NCBI RefSeq assembly: GCF_006345805.1
Contig: NC_043013.1
Location: 57,040,001-57,104,000 of the forward strand
Direction: 5' to 3'
DNA from: Octopus sinensis
Lineage: Eukaryota
Length of the DNA: 64,000 nucleotides
Part shown: in pieces, positions 13,670 through 26,099 of the stretch
Layout of the letters: the number at the start of each line of letters is the position of its first letter
Numbering within the stretch: the first letter of the stretch is position 1
Notes under the pieces: generated by a model
What the model was told of the DNA's origin: nothing
Seen by the model: the letters and a program-made list of their open reading frames with translations, nothing else
Database searches by the model: none
Made by a program: the position numbers and the translations under genes

Positions 13670-15353
13670 AAAGCAGAATGCTTAAAATGGATTGGAGGGG
13701 ATAATAGAGATCTGTTGAAAGCTTTCTACACAGCCCAACTAAACCCAGGCAATAACCTCAGAGTACAAACTTAGATTTACTGGAGAAACTTAGGAGGCAA
13801 CGAAGGAGGCAGATATATAGATGCAAATAAGTAACGTATGTGAAGACTTCATTCAGTATAAAAGGTTAACCGACGCTCAAATTAACCAAATTAAGACACA
13901 TCTCATGGTAGACCAAATGAAAACAGCAACAATGCAGATGAAATCGTTAACAGATGCACAGAATGCAGTGTACATCCCAACAAGGAAGCTGAAGAAAGCA
14001 TATCGAAGAACAGATTTGCGGGAAAATAGGGGGAGAGTATACCTATTTCAAGAACATCAGAATAGGTCTGACATAGAATTCGAGGTGAATGATAAAGAGA
14101 AGATCATAAAAGCAAAAGAAGATATTATGAGAGAACTTAGCAAGACTGAGTCTACTGATATACTTAATAGAGAACCATTGGCAAAGTTCTCAAACAGCAT
14201 AAAAAACAACATAATCATGATATATAATGTTGATCTTAGACAGATCTTAGATAATAAGGGAAATGACCTAACAACCTTAAATAACCCCATCTATTCCACT
14301 GCTAAAGTTGTAACTGCGCAATTAGGTATCAGGACGACACAGAAAGGGACCACCCATGGAAATAGACGTCCTAAGTTGGAAGTAGCAATACAAAAAGATC
14401 GAATCACTGCGGGTAGATGTATTAGTTTTTGATGAACTTGCTGGAGGACTAAATATTAAGAGGAAACGAGCTAGAAAAATCAAGCAAAAATATAAAACCA
14501 AAGATTTTATAAACTTCCTGCAACCAAGGAAAAATTAAAACAACGAATACAACTGAAAACCCAACGGCTCAGATGGTATAACAAAATCAAATTTTATCGA
14601 TAAAACAAGATATTCAAGACAGTTGCAAAGAAATTTTATAGGCAGATTCTGCGACACATTTGCTGAAACAATAGACCATCTCTTCTCAGGATGTCCTGTG
14701 CTGACAGCAAACGAATATAACAATCACCACGATAGGGTAGGACAGTATTTACATTGGAAAATATGTGAACACGACAAAATCAACACTCCTACTTACTGGT
14801 ACGAACATCATCCTGAACCAGTCGTTGAAGGTTAAAATGCTGCTATCCTCCGGGTTTTTCCAGTCAACACTGAGAGAACGATCCAGGCTAATTGACCAGA
14901 CATAAATTTTAAAGTTAGGGAAGAAAATACTTGTACACTAATAGAAGTAAGTGTTCTCACTAATAAAAATATATCTGTCATGGAATTTGACAAATTAATT
15001 AAATATAAGGACCTTGAAATTGAAATACAAAAGATTTGGCATCTTAAAGCAAAATCTGTTTCTGTTATTGTATGTGCCCTAGGGTATGATATAAAAGGGA
15101 TGTCAGAAACACCTAGATAAGACCGCAGGAGAGCGATGTCGCAGAGAAATCCTAAAGATTGTACTGAGAAGTACAGCCCACATCCTTTGGAAAATCCTAT
15201 ACATTTAAATGTTTGTGGTGTATTAGATGAAGATATTTCACTACTTCCCCTCCCCAAGCTTTCAGTCATATTGTAACATCTCTTATCCTTCACTTACCCC
15301 AGGATGCTGGGTATGTCCTGGTAAGTGACTGTAACAAAGATACAGATAAAAAT
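13670..15353 (+). mobile_element. R4/Dong element retaining N-terminal region and C-terminal CCHC/endonuclease, RT core deleted (subfamily E)
   Basis: ORF 13821-14432; ETIDHLFSGC..HHDRVGQYLHWKIC; IEVSVLTNKN..KYKDLEIEIQKIWHL; distinct 3' UTR ending at (AAT)n. Confidence 0.75.
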
Positions 15354-15404
15354 TAATAATAATAATAATGATAACAAAAATAATGATGATGATGATAATG
15401 TGCC

Positions 15405-16073
15405 TACAGAATATCTCAGCAGGCATGATAGAGCAGCACAATATATTCACTGGGAAATTTGCAAAAACCTGGACCGGACATGATAAAAAGTGGTGGGAAC
15501 ACAAACCACCTCCAATGCTTGAAAATGATCACATCTCACTCCTCTGGAATTCCACCATTCAAACTGATAGAAAGATAGATATGCAAATAGGCCAGACATT
15601 ATATTGAAAGACTTCAGACAAAAATCATGTCTCATCATTGATATGACTGTCCCAATCAAATATAAATGTATCTGTCAAGACTTACCAAAGATTGAGCAAG
15701 TATAAAGATCTTGAAATAGAAATTGGCAAAATGTGGAACCCGAACTGTTTTCATAGATGCCCTAGGAATGATAGCAAAAGGGGCTGATTCCTACCTAGCT
15801 GCAATACCAAGAACCCCAAAATGGCAGAAAATCAAAAGTTAGTACTCATGGGAACTGTCCATGTCCTACGCAAAATGTTGTCTAAGTAATCTCAAATTTT
15901 AAAACAAACTCATAATTTTCTTATGTTTCCTTAAACATTCACTAGAACTATGTGCAAAACCAAATATATAACACCCTAGGCATAACACCAACATAAACTT
16001 CTAACTTGTTGTCTCTTGAGGTTTCTGGGTGAGACTTGGAGTCAACTTATACAAATACAAAGCAAAAGTCAAC
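15405..16073 (+). mobile_element. R4/Dong 3' fragment (subfamily A, diverged)
   Basis: Homologous to 12701-13421, including the 3' UTR. Confidence 0.85.
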
Positions 16074-16259
16074 AAGAAGAAGAACAACAATAATAATAAT
16101 ACATTATTTACCTTTGATAGATATTTGTCCTCATCCTGTTTGTTGTTAATACCAGTTCCCATAAGCCACTCATATCTGTACTAGAACTGCATATGGGAAC
16201 TGGTATTAAGGAAAATATTAGATTTATAAGCCTTAAAAAAATTCACTCCATAATTGCCC

Positions 16260-16543
16260 ACAGGCATATGGCGTTGTGGTTAAGAGCGCGGGCTACTAAC
16301 CCAAAGATTCCGAGTTCAATTCCAGGCAGTGACCTTACTACTACTAATAATAATAGTAATAATAATAACATAGAAAAAATGCCTTAGGAATGAGAACCCT
16401 GGTTCGAAATTTCCCCAAGACATCTGATGAAAGCTGGAGGGTATATCAGCCGAAACGTTGTGTTAACAACAAATAAGATGAAGACAATTATCCGTCAAAT
16501 GTAAATAATGTACATAATTCCCCATCTCTCAAATATAGAACTG
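16260..16543 (+). mobile_element. SINE-like element: tRNA-like Pol III head, (AAT)n spacer, minimal hammerhead, conserved tail
   Basis: A-box-like TGGCGTTGTGG, B-box GTTCAATTC; hammerhead at 16419-16464; homologues at 35972-36182 (+) and 35700-35974 (-). Confidence 0.75.
16419..16464 (+). ncRNA. Minimal type I hammerhead (palindromic ACGU stem III, GUU site) with one mismatch at the base of stem II
   Basis: GACAT CTGATGA A AGCTG gagggtatat CAGCC GAA ACGT T GTGTT. Confidence 0.7.
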
Positions 16544-16550
16544 AATGATG

Positions 16551-16603
<53 letters not shown>

Positions 16604-16623
16604 TATTATTATTATTATTATTA

Positions 16624-17009
16624 TGAAGAAAAAAAATGCTTTCTAATTGATGTATCAATACCGACAGATGACAACGTGTCTCTAAAAGAAATGGAGAAAC
16701 TCTCAAAATACAAAGACCTGGAAATAGAGGTAACTAGAATGTGGAATCTGAAAACAGAAACAATTCCTATCATAGTAGGTGCATTAGGCATGATAAAAAA
16801 ATATTCAGATAAATACATAACAAAAACACCAGGACTTACAAACACATATAACATACAGAAAATTGCACTACTAGGCACTGCACACATCCTACGCAGAACA
16901 CTTTCCATACAATAACCATCAGAGCATCACAACAAATCACAGCACATACCCAAGGCACACAGAGCTGCGCTCGGTAGTGAAGTGAAAGCACGCTATAAAA
17001 ATAAAACTA

Positions 17010-17013
<4 letters not shown>
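16624..17013 (+). mobile_element. R4/Dong extreme 3' fragment with open endonuclease frame (subfamily B)
   Basis: CFLIDVSIPTDDN..KLSKYKDLEIEVTRMW..IPIIVGALG..ALLGTAHILRRTL, stop at 16915; 3' UTR then (AAT)n. Confidence 0.88.
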
Positions 17014-17090
<77 letters not shown>

Positions 17091-17091
<1 letters not shown>

Positions 17092-17647
17092 ATGCCCTGA
17101 TGCAGTACCAGGCAGTGGCTCTCATGGCTTCTGATCTTAACTGATTGGAAGTGTTATCATGTACATTGTTTTGTCTTGGTATAAAAGATGGGCTACAGCA
17201 AATATTCTGCTCAATACCACATATTTGCTTGTCAGTTGTTTGACCTTAACCAGTTGAGCATGTCTCTTAGTGGCTGACGATATGTGCATCTCTGATCACC
17301 AGCAGAAGTAGTGGGGGAGCATCATAGCCATGTGTTGAGAGGAATTCTATGGAGTTTGAATAATTCACCTCTGGAAACATAGGTGTTTCGTTCAACATCC
17401 TTAAACAACCCTTATTCAAGGACTTTTTGAGCGGGATGGGTTACTCGGCCAGAAGAAAATTCTAACTGGGCCCCACCTGCAAGGTCATGTGCTGTTTATC
17501 TTGATATGAGATCACCATGTCGCGCACATATGGTTGTGATGCATGTGCCTGGTGTACACTTATCAGACGGGTAGTCATGATGGGTATACTGGGCTTCGTA
17601 TATTTTACCCCAGTGTCCCTTTGATGGCATGTACTGCTCTCTCACTC
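17091..17647. mobile_element. 557-bp non-coding element flanked by (AAT)n (copy 1)
   Basis: Same length and ends (AATGCCCTGATGCAGTACC...CTCTCTCACTC) as 60753-61309; third copy at about 62670-63190. Confidence 0.85.
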
Positions 17648-17688
<41 letters not shown>

Positions 17689-19804
17689 TAATAATAATAA
17701 TAATAATACTTTCCAGGTCACGTGCATTATCAGACCACTGATTTAACATATCAGTATACCTTACATATTCCTACCACCCAGCCCACACTGCTCTTCTAGC
17801 AATATGATACTTCAAATTAGCTAAATTAATTAAGGGGACTACATTTGGTTAGTAAACGTATCTGCCTTGAAAATAAGACCCACAACGTAATACAATATGC
17901 GATATGATGGAAGATACAACTGCTTCACAAACAACATCTGGGATTTTCACTCACAACTGCAGTCATTGTATTCTCCTGTCTCATTCTTCCTCCGGTCCCC
18001 TCACCTTTGTAAATTATCTCAAAAGGACCACAGTAAATATATTCTGCATTTCATTTTAGACTCTTTCATTCCTGTTCACACTGACATGCAAATATTCAAA
18101 ATAAATATTAGCGACATCAGTGACAGCAATCTCGCCAATATTGGTGGCGTCGACCCTAAAAGCTGACTGCAATGTCTTCTCTGAATAACATATAAAACAG
18201 AAGAAGCTATTTACCTGCTCCTTCAGTTTATTATTACTCATCAGACATTAGATGTCATTTACCATGCTGCAGCAATTTTTTCACTTCATAAACAGTCTTT
18301 AATGCTAAAACGTCGATGGGTTTTTAGAATTTACAGCTATTTAGAATCATCAAAATTTATGCTTGCTTGGAACTCATAAGAATTTATGGCGACTCCGCAG
18401 AGAGTTTTCGAGATTACAAAAACCAAGCCTAAGGTTTTATGACTGCAAAGCTCACATCATAAACTAAAGTATGACACATAATATTTCTGAACAGAAGCAG
18501 TTTCTCATTTGTTAACATTTTTAACAATAAAGAAACAACCAGTTACGATATATATATATATATATATACAAAGAGAAAGAAGGAGATACACAGAGAAAGG
18601 CACACACATGCTTACATGCATTTTAGAAAATGTATTTTAGAAAAGAGAAACCAAACCCATAAGATTAATTCTTAGTAGCTAAAGTGAGATGATGATGCAT
18701 AATCGCCATTTACATGGTAAACCTATCTTTCTATACATTTCTTCCCCAGACTTAGAAACCGTTACCGACATGCACACACCTTTCACCATGCCCTCTGTAT
18801 AATGGATACACTCCTTTATACTCCCCCTCTCTTCCTTAATTTCTAACGTTCTTATAGCACCTTCTTTCTGCCTGGCCCCTACCCATTAACCTTTTTTCTC
18901 TTTCAATCATTTTTTTTTCTTATTCTCTATCCTTTATTTTCCCGCCCTTCCTACTGATGAAGGACGAGTGTTGGAAAAGCTGAAGCACTTTTCCTTCTCT
19001 TTAAACAAACCAATGCAACATTTGCTAAAGTTGACCCTGCAGTGATGTGTGATTTATTTTTGTGTTCATTGCTTTCATAATATGTGTTTGCGTGTGTAAA
19101 TCCACACACAGACTTATGTTACATTGGTGTCGCAGTATCATTAACCAAAGAACGGCTTCATAACTGAGAAAGCTTTGTTTTAATTATTACAATGCTTACT
19201 CTGAATTAAGTATAATTAAATTAAAAGCATAATCACTCAGATTTAAGCAGAGCTTGTTACTTGTAGATCCATGAAACCTATCCAATCATATTAAAAGCAG
19301 AGATGTTAATTCTAAGTTAATAGTTGCCAACGGAAAATTTATTGTGAATGTAGAAAAAAGAATATAAATGTTTAACTTCCAGTCATGTTTCCTCGAAGGA
19401 CATTTTGAAGAAATATTCAAAATTTAAAAAAAGACTCCATCAGCATTTCTACTGAGTTAATAAAACAATTTGGAGTGGAGACCACCTTCGGGTGAATTAT
19501 GTCTGTTAATCCGATATACTTGATATTTTTTCAATTTTGTAAATTGGTGCCTTATCACAGAGCGTCTTGTTTCCAGGAAACTTCTCGAACTTATTTTTCT
19601 TCAGTATTTCGCAATTGCCCGAAGAAAATTTTCTATACACTTTTTCAAGATTCTGATAAACAAGCATCACTAGACTAATTTAAAATTTCAGGATAATTAA
19701 CTTTATATTTTATATTATTTACGCTAAGTTTTCATTGATCACTTTCTATCATAAAGCTTTAGGTAAGAATTATTCACGTAAGACTGTATGTGTGCATGTG
19801 TGTA

Positions 19805-19836
<32 letters not shown>

Positions 19837-22800
19837 CGTACGTGCGTATTAATTTAAGGCTGCTATTTTATGATAAATTTCGTTTTTGAGGGGTTCTTTA
19901 AGTCTCAACTAACAACCTTTAAACTACATTAGGTAAATAAATTGTCGGGCACAAATCTCGGTCAAAACGAAAATTAGTGCGCGCGAATGCACACACACAC
20001 ACACACATGTATAAGTGTGTGTGTGTGTGTGTGTGGATAGTGAGGGAGAGCAAATGAAATCGTTTGTTAATTCTACATAGGAAAATATTTTTTATCTTTA
20101 TAACAATTTCGAGATTATAACCGCAAGAAAGAATATGACAAACGAATTTCTAATTTCCATCGAGTTTGACCTCAATGCACTTCGACCCCCAACAAATGTT
20201 CACAAAGTTTAACTTTTTAATCATAAGAAGTTTTGTGAAATGAAACAACTTAGTTTACTGGTAGGATTCTCTTCCTCACAGCAAATGAATATATTTCATA
20301 TTTTCTGCCGTTTATGTTGAGTATTAATTGACGAAGGCCATCAATTTCACCTTGAATTTAATTGTCTCCTTTTATTTATACCGGGTCGCTATTAAATCCT
20401 TGAGCAAATTTAAATATATGTAATTTGGGTTCTGCATAGAGTAAAGTTAATCTGCAGAAAGGATAAGGGAAAATCTATTACATTTTAAAATAGATTTAGG
20501 TTAAAAATTTCCTACTTCATTACATATACAAACCGTGATACAATTTGAAATTCTAGAAATTCATTTGACAGATTATTCTCAGTTATAGTTTGAATTGCAT
20601 AAGTTATCTTAGCTTCTAGATTTTCTACAGAACAAGGTTTATTGGAATAATCTCTGATTTTTACACGTACCCATAAAATAAAGTTGAAGCAATTATATTT
20701 TAAACCTTATAAACATTTTTCATTAGCAACGATAAAATATTTGAATAATGTTTCCAAATGCTCTTTGCAAATTATTTTTAAAATTCTAAAATTCTAAACT
20801 TTTAAATCGCCAGAATAATTACAATAAATTTAGCAATTAGCGTATGGGAAAAAATAACAGATGTTCGCTGTGAAGCTTGAAACTGAAAGCTACTCGTGTT
20901 CTCTCATTATAAAGATAAACAGTCAAAATATTTCTTCTCCAAGAAAGAAAGGCTTTCAATGCAAAGGGTAGACAGTGTCTGTACCATATTTTCCTGGTTC
21001 TTATTTGAGTGACTTCTATGTCAAATTTTCCAGTAACGACGAGACCTTAAAGACATCCTCCACATAAAACGGGCAACACAAGAAACTCAAGTTAATGAAA
21101 ACCAGACACAAATTCCATTAAGGATGGAACTCAGTTACTTTCGACAAATGCTACAACTTTTTAAATCTGCTTCGATTTAAGCTGATATTGCCTAATATCA
21201 ATATTTTTGATTTCGTAATATCAATAATATTTCGTAATATCAATAATATTATTTTAAAGGTGTTGGTGTTTTGTTACAAATCATAACGTTCTGACATTAA
21301 ACCGCACCAATAGAAATCTTATCTGCAACTTAAGGTTGATGAAATAGAATAAAAGTAAGTTACTGGGATTGATATAATTGAGGGTGGAAATAGCCACGAA
21401 TAGGTGACTTTTCCTATGACAGAAACCCAATATTATTGGTCTTTCATGCGTTTATGACACTGTTTGTAGTAACAGTAGTAGTAGTTACCATTTAGCCATG
21501 TAAAAATCTCTGATCAAGCACACAAGGGTCAACTGCATGTCAAACTTGACTGTTCCATGCTTGCAGCCATGGTGTATCTTGGGCGAGATTATTAATTCAA
21601 CGAATAGTTTTGTTCTTATTGTTATTTTTAAAATATCACGGAATCATACAAAGCTGCATAAAATTGAAAAATTGAATAAAATAATTGAACACCATTTGGC
21701 ACAATGTTTTAAAATTGACGCTATTACCAGATGAAAGAGAAAGTGAGAGGAGAGAGAGAGAGGAAACAGAATATAGTGCTAAAGACAATGCCATACTAGT
21801 CAGATGAAATTTCGAAGTAGCTCTGGCAATTGACCGTAGGGTTTAAATGGCCATAACGACACTCGAAAGGATGGATGACCAATGTTGAAGCGAATTTCAC
21901 CTCTTTGACAGCAAACAAAGAAAGGATGTGCAAAGGAATTATCTACAATCTGATTAATTACTCTAATTCACATAAAATTCATATGAATTATAAAACTATA
22001 ATTATTATAATTCACATGAATTCTGACATGGACATTTTTACCGAAACTTCATTTAGGAATTAGATTATCTGTGTACAATAAAATAATTATTTTAAAAAGT
22101 ATTGCATCATACCACTTTCTATTATTTTATTCAAAATAATTGAAGGGTTGGGGTGAGACAGTTAATGCAAAGAAGTTCAGCGTTAGATTTAGACTTGAAA
22201 GCTGATGTGATGGTTGTTGGAATTTGAACTTAAAATGTAATCGCATATTTAAGAAAGGAATCTAAGTCAATAAGTCCAACATGCTACCATTTCTAGTGAC
22301 TCCGGAATGGTAAACATGATAATGATGAAAAATTGTCTGGTGGGGTTAACGAGTGGGGAGAAACAGAAAGACAGCTAGCTAGAGAAATAGAGAGAGAGGG
22401 GGGTGGGAGAGAGTAAAAGAGAGACAGGAAAGGAGAGGGTGAGGGAGAGTAATTGGGAAGGATAAAGATGTAGAAATTCATGCAATGATGATAGTTTTAG
22501 GAATGGCATCGTTACAACACTGATAATGATGAGGAAGAGGAGGAGGAGGTGGAAGCGGTGGAGTAGGAGGAGGATGACGATGTTGTTGATGCAACGACCA
22601 GTCATCAAAATGAATGGATCTAATAATTAATTATGAATAAACAATGGCAGAGCTGTTGTTGCAACAAAGGTTGGCTCTTCTGACAAATCAAAACAACACA
22701 GAAACAAAACAAAATCATTTTTAAAATAGTAAAGAAAATCTAAAAATAAAAAATGGAAAATCAAATAAAAGAAAATAATGCGATAAAATACGAAAGCAAA

Positions 22801-23099
22801 TAAAAGATAAAACGAAACAAGTAAAAATTTTAATCTAACGAACAATAGAAAAAAAACGAGGGCAGAAGAAAGGAGAAACCACAAAATATAATGGAAACAA
22901 ATGGATTTAATATTTATAAGCCTGCTTAATCCTTTGAAAATTTGGTTACAATGAAAGATAATGTATGGAAACCAATACGGTAATAATAAAAATGGAAGTT
23001 ACATTTAACAGACATAAAGTGAAAACATTTCCATTAAATCACTAAATTTCTATAGAGAAAATTTTTGACTAGATTTTTGATTTTTTTTCCTAAAATGTT

Positions 23100-24070
23100 T
23101 TAGACCGGAAGTCTTTAGGTGAGGAGTTTTACATTGTTAAACAGTCACTGGTGTGTTTTTAGGCTGAAAAACTTCCACTGAGGAAGCTTTAGAAGACAAA
23201 ACGTTCACTGAGTTGTTATGCATGTTTGCTAAAGAGTTTTATACGCTATAAACCTGCACTGAGATATCGAAGGCTGCAATCCTCATGCTGATTGATTTTC
23301 GACCAGAAAACTTTAATGGTGTTTTAGTCTGTAAATCAATTAGGAGGTTTATATTGCTAAACTTATTGCGGAGAAATTTTACACTGTGAAATTTTCATTG
23401 ATGACTTTAACTGAAATTGTAAACTTTTCCTCTGGGAAACTGAAACATTGAAATGTTCTTCCAAAAACTTATTCCTTAAAATGAAGAATTTAAACAATAA
23501 GTTACTACACTGAAAGATGTTAGACAATGAAATTGCTCTCATTAAACTGAATACATCCAATGAACTCTAACAAAGTTTCTTATAGCCTTAATCTTCTATG
23601 CAACTATCATCAAAATCTGAAACTATTCTACAATTTGAGTGTATTTCAGAAATTAAATTCCACTGAACATTTTTTATAATTCAAGTATTCTTGAAAAAAT
23701 CCTCTGGCTTCATTGCACCAAATTCTAAAGGAACCGTTTTAAGCTGAGAAATGTCTTCCACGTGAACAAAAGATTCCTATTAATGAAGAAGCTTGACTTA
23801 TTATTATTCCATTAAAAGTTTTTGAATCTCAGATAGTCAAGATTTAATGTGAAGTAATAAGAATCAAAAGTTAATTAGTTGTAAATTGAAGTTAACGTAA
23901 ATTTACTAAGAATATATTTAACCACTCAGAAGATTTCCCATCAGTTCTTAGCAAAAGAGAAACTTTACCTCAAGGATATCCGGTAGTTCCATGAGAAGCT
24001 GTAACCCCAGTTTCACTTCTCCTTTCTAACTCACATCAGATGTCGGGACCAGTCCATTTCTTCACTATTT
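23100..24070 (-). pseudogene. Decayed hAT (Charlie/Buster-like) transposase, C-terminal half
   Basis: Minus-strand frame with multiple stops ends ..KVFWSKINQHEDCSLRYLSAGL*RIKLFSKHA*QLSERF.., resembling the hAT dimerization domain (FW..Y..L..A..L..F.STY..E..FS). Confidence 0.35.
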
Positions 24071-24719
24071 TTAAGCTAGCAACATGAAAGGATTGATATG
24101 GAGCAATGTTTTTGTATATATAATTTAGTGTTTTAAAATCCAGCTTCTTTTTGTTTTCTCAAATTTTAAATAGAACCTTATCCTATTAGTCTTATAACAA
24201 TGGCCCCACAACGAGCCGATAAACTTGACAAAAATATAAATGTCCTTTGTTTCATTTTCTTACATAAATTCACAGGCTTTATGTTCATGTCGAACGAGTG
24301 ATAGGGGACAAACTCATGTTTTAGCTTCAGTTTCCTTTACATTTAACTGATACATTCAAATGAAATGCTGATAAACATATGATATAAATTTGGCAAGTAT
24401 ATCTCTTTTAGCCACGTACACAGCTAGCTGTTTCATCCAGGTAGCAGTTGAACACATAGATAAAATTTTCTTGTACAGTAAAAAATAAGTAGATATAAAA
24501 ATTGCAAGAAATTATCTAAAATATAGTGAAAAAAAAGAACAATCATCAAAGGGGGAAAACAAGAAAGCAAGAAGAACATCAGAGAGTAAAGAACATTTTT
24601 AGAATTTTAATAATGATAAATTCCTCACACTGCAAATCTTTCAAATAACTGTCTTCTGAACGATTCAATTACATACACACATGTTGTTATATGGTTGTGA
24701 AAAGGGAGAAAACTATAAA

Positions 24720-25909
24720 CCAGACAAGCAACATCTCCATCAATGATTTGACTTACTCCCCTGTATTTGACGAGAAGTGTTACCGGTACCTAGAGGTGGC
24801 ACATGTAACAAAATACGTGTCACTAAAGAATATTCCAGCCGAATAAAGAAAATTCTGACTTCAGAACTGACTGCGTTCAATAAAGCAGTGGCCCAAAATG
24901 TGCTTGCAGTACCAGTACTCATATCAACAATTAATTGGACGCTTGATGAGATCCGAGCCATTGATGTGTAAACCTGGAAACTACTAAGAAGCACTCATAA
25001 TTTCCACATAAACAGTGACGTAAACCGCCTCTACCTAAAACGAAAACAAGGCGGCAGAGGCTTAACATCGATCCAAAATACCTTTGAATGTTATATCATA
25101 CTCCTTCTGCATCACCTTTTAACCACCAAGTGTCAAAGTGCACCCCCGGACCAATTTAGAATACATGAGGCTGATAACATCATAAGACTTGGAAAGCACG
25201 ACTCTACCGCAACATATCAGAAGAAAGGATGAGCATATATGAGCAGAAGACTAAGTTCGCAAAAAGCTCCGAGATGATAGTAACATTGATCATCAGAGCA
25301 GTTTATCAAGGACCACTAGCCGGATTACTACCTCCCAGTTTGAAGGATGTGTGCTTGCAATCCAGGAACAGGAAATATCAGCCAAATACCTGATGCACAA
25401 AAGCGATAGAGATGCGGGAAAAGCTGTAAAATGTGACAACCGATGCAGACTTTGTGGAGTTAACACTGACGATATCGCCCATATCATAAGCAGTTGTCCG
25501 ACAATCTCATCACGATATTATTTACTCATATGTGAAAAAGAGAACACCTATGCAGAACTATTGAGAAATCTGCAGTTACTCTGTCGAGATTACAAGTTCA
25601 GGTTTATACCTGTAATTATTGGGGCCCTGGGATCTGTAAAACACTGCCTAAATACCAGTCTTGTGTAATTAGGCTTCTCAAAACCAGACATGAGAAAGCT
25701 TATTCTATTGCTGGAACTGTAAAAATCTGTAAAAATTTCTAAAAGTTTATTATTTAAATATACATGAGCATGTTTAGATATGCAACTATATGCATGAGAA
25801 TACAACTTAAAGCAAACATGCAAATCTACTCACATACATACAGACATACATACGTATGTACGTACGTAATACATACATACATACATACATACATACATAC
25901 ATACATACA

Positions 25910-25943
<34 letters not shown>

Positions 25944-26068
25944 CATGCATACAAACAAAAATACCCCGTTGTTGACGTGAAAATTCTAATGAAGGAGCAC
26001 TGAATCTTCGTTAGAAACCGGCTCTCTTTCTTTTGGTGAGAGATCTTCAAATAAAATTGAACAATGAC
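24720..26068 (+). mobile_element. R4/Dong-type element 3' half (subfamily F) ending at (ATAC)n
   Basis: RLYLKRKQGGRGL, FEGCVLAIQEQEI, CRLC..DDIAHIISSC, FIPVIIGALG; 3' UTR contains and is followed by ATAC repeats. Confidence 0.8.
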
Positions 26069-26099
26069 ATAAATACATACATGCAGACGTTCATGAAGA

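Noticed and set aside
16260-16335. tRNA gene (ACT anticodon-like loop)
   Set aside because: Acceptor and T stems do not close; it is the head of a repeated element
17091-17200. HDV-like ribozyme at an end of the 557-bp element
   Set aside because: I could not build the nested double pseudoknot by eye on either strand
17900-18300. hAT transposase DDE region on the minus strand
   Set aside because: Only a vague resemblance to the DESTD motif; not supportable
18950-18990. CTGATGA...GGAAA hammerhead-like motif
   Set aside because: Stem II is only partly paired and stems I and III are absent; at most a decayed vestige
25985-26025. CTAATGAAGGAG...AGAAACCGG hammerhead-like motif
   Set aside because: Core mismatch, and stem II does not abut GAAA; it lies in a retrotransposon 3' UTR
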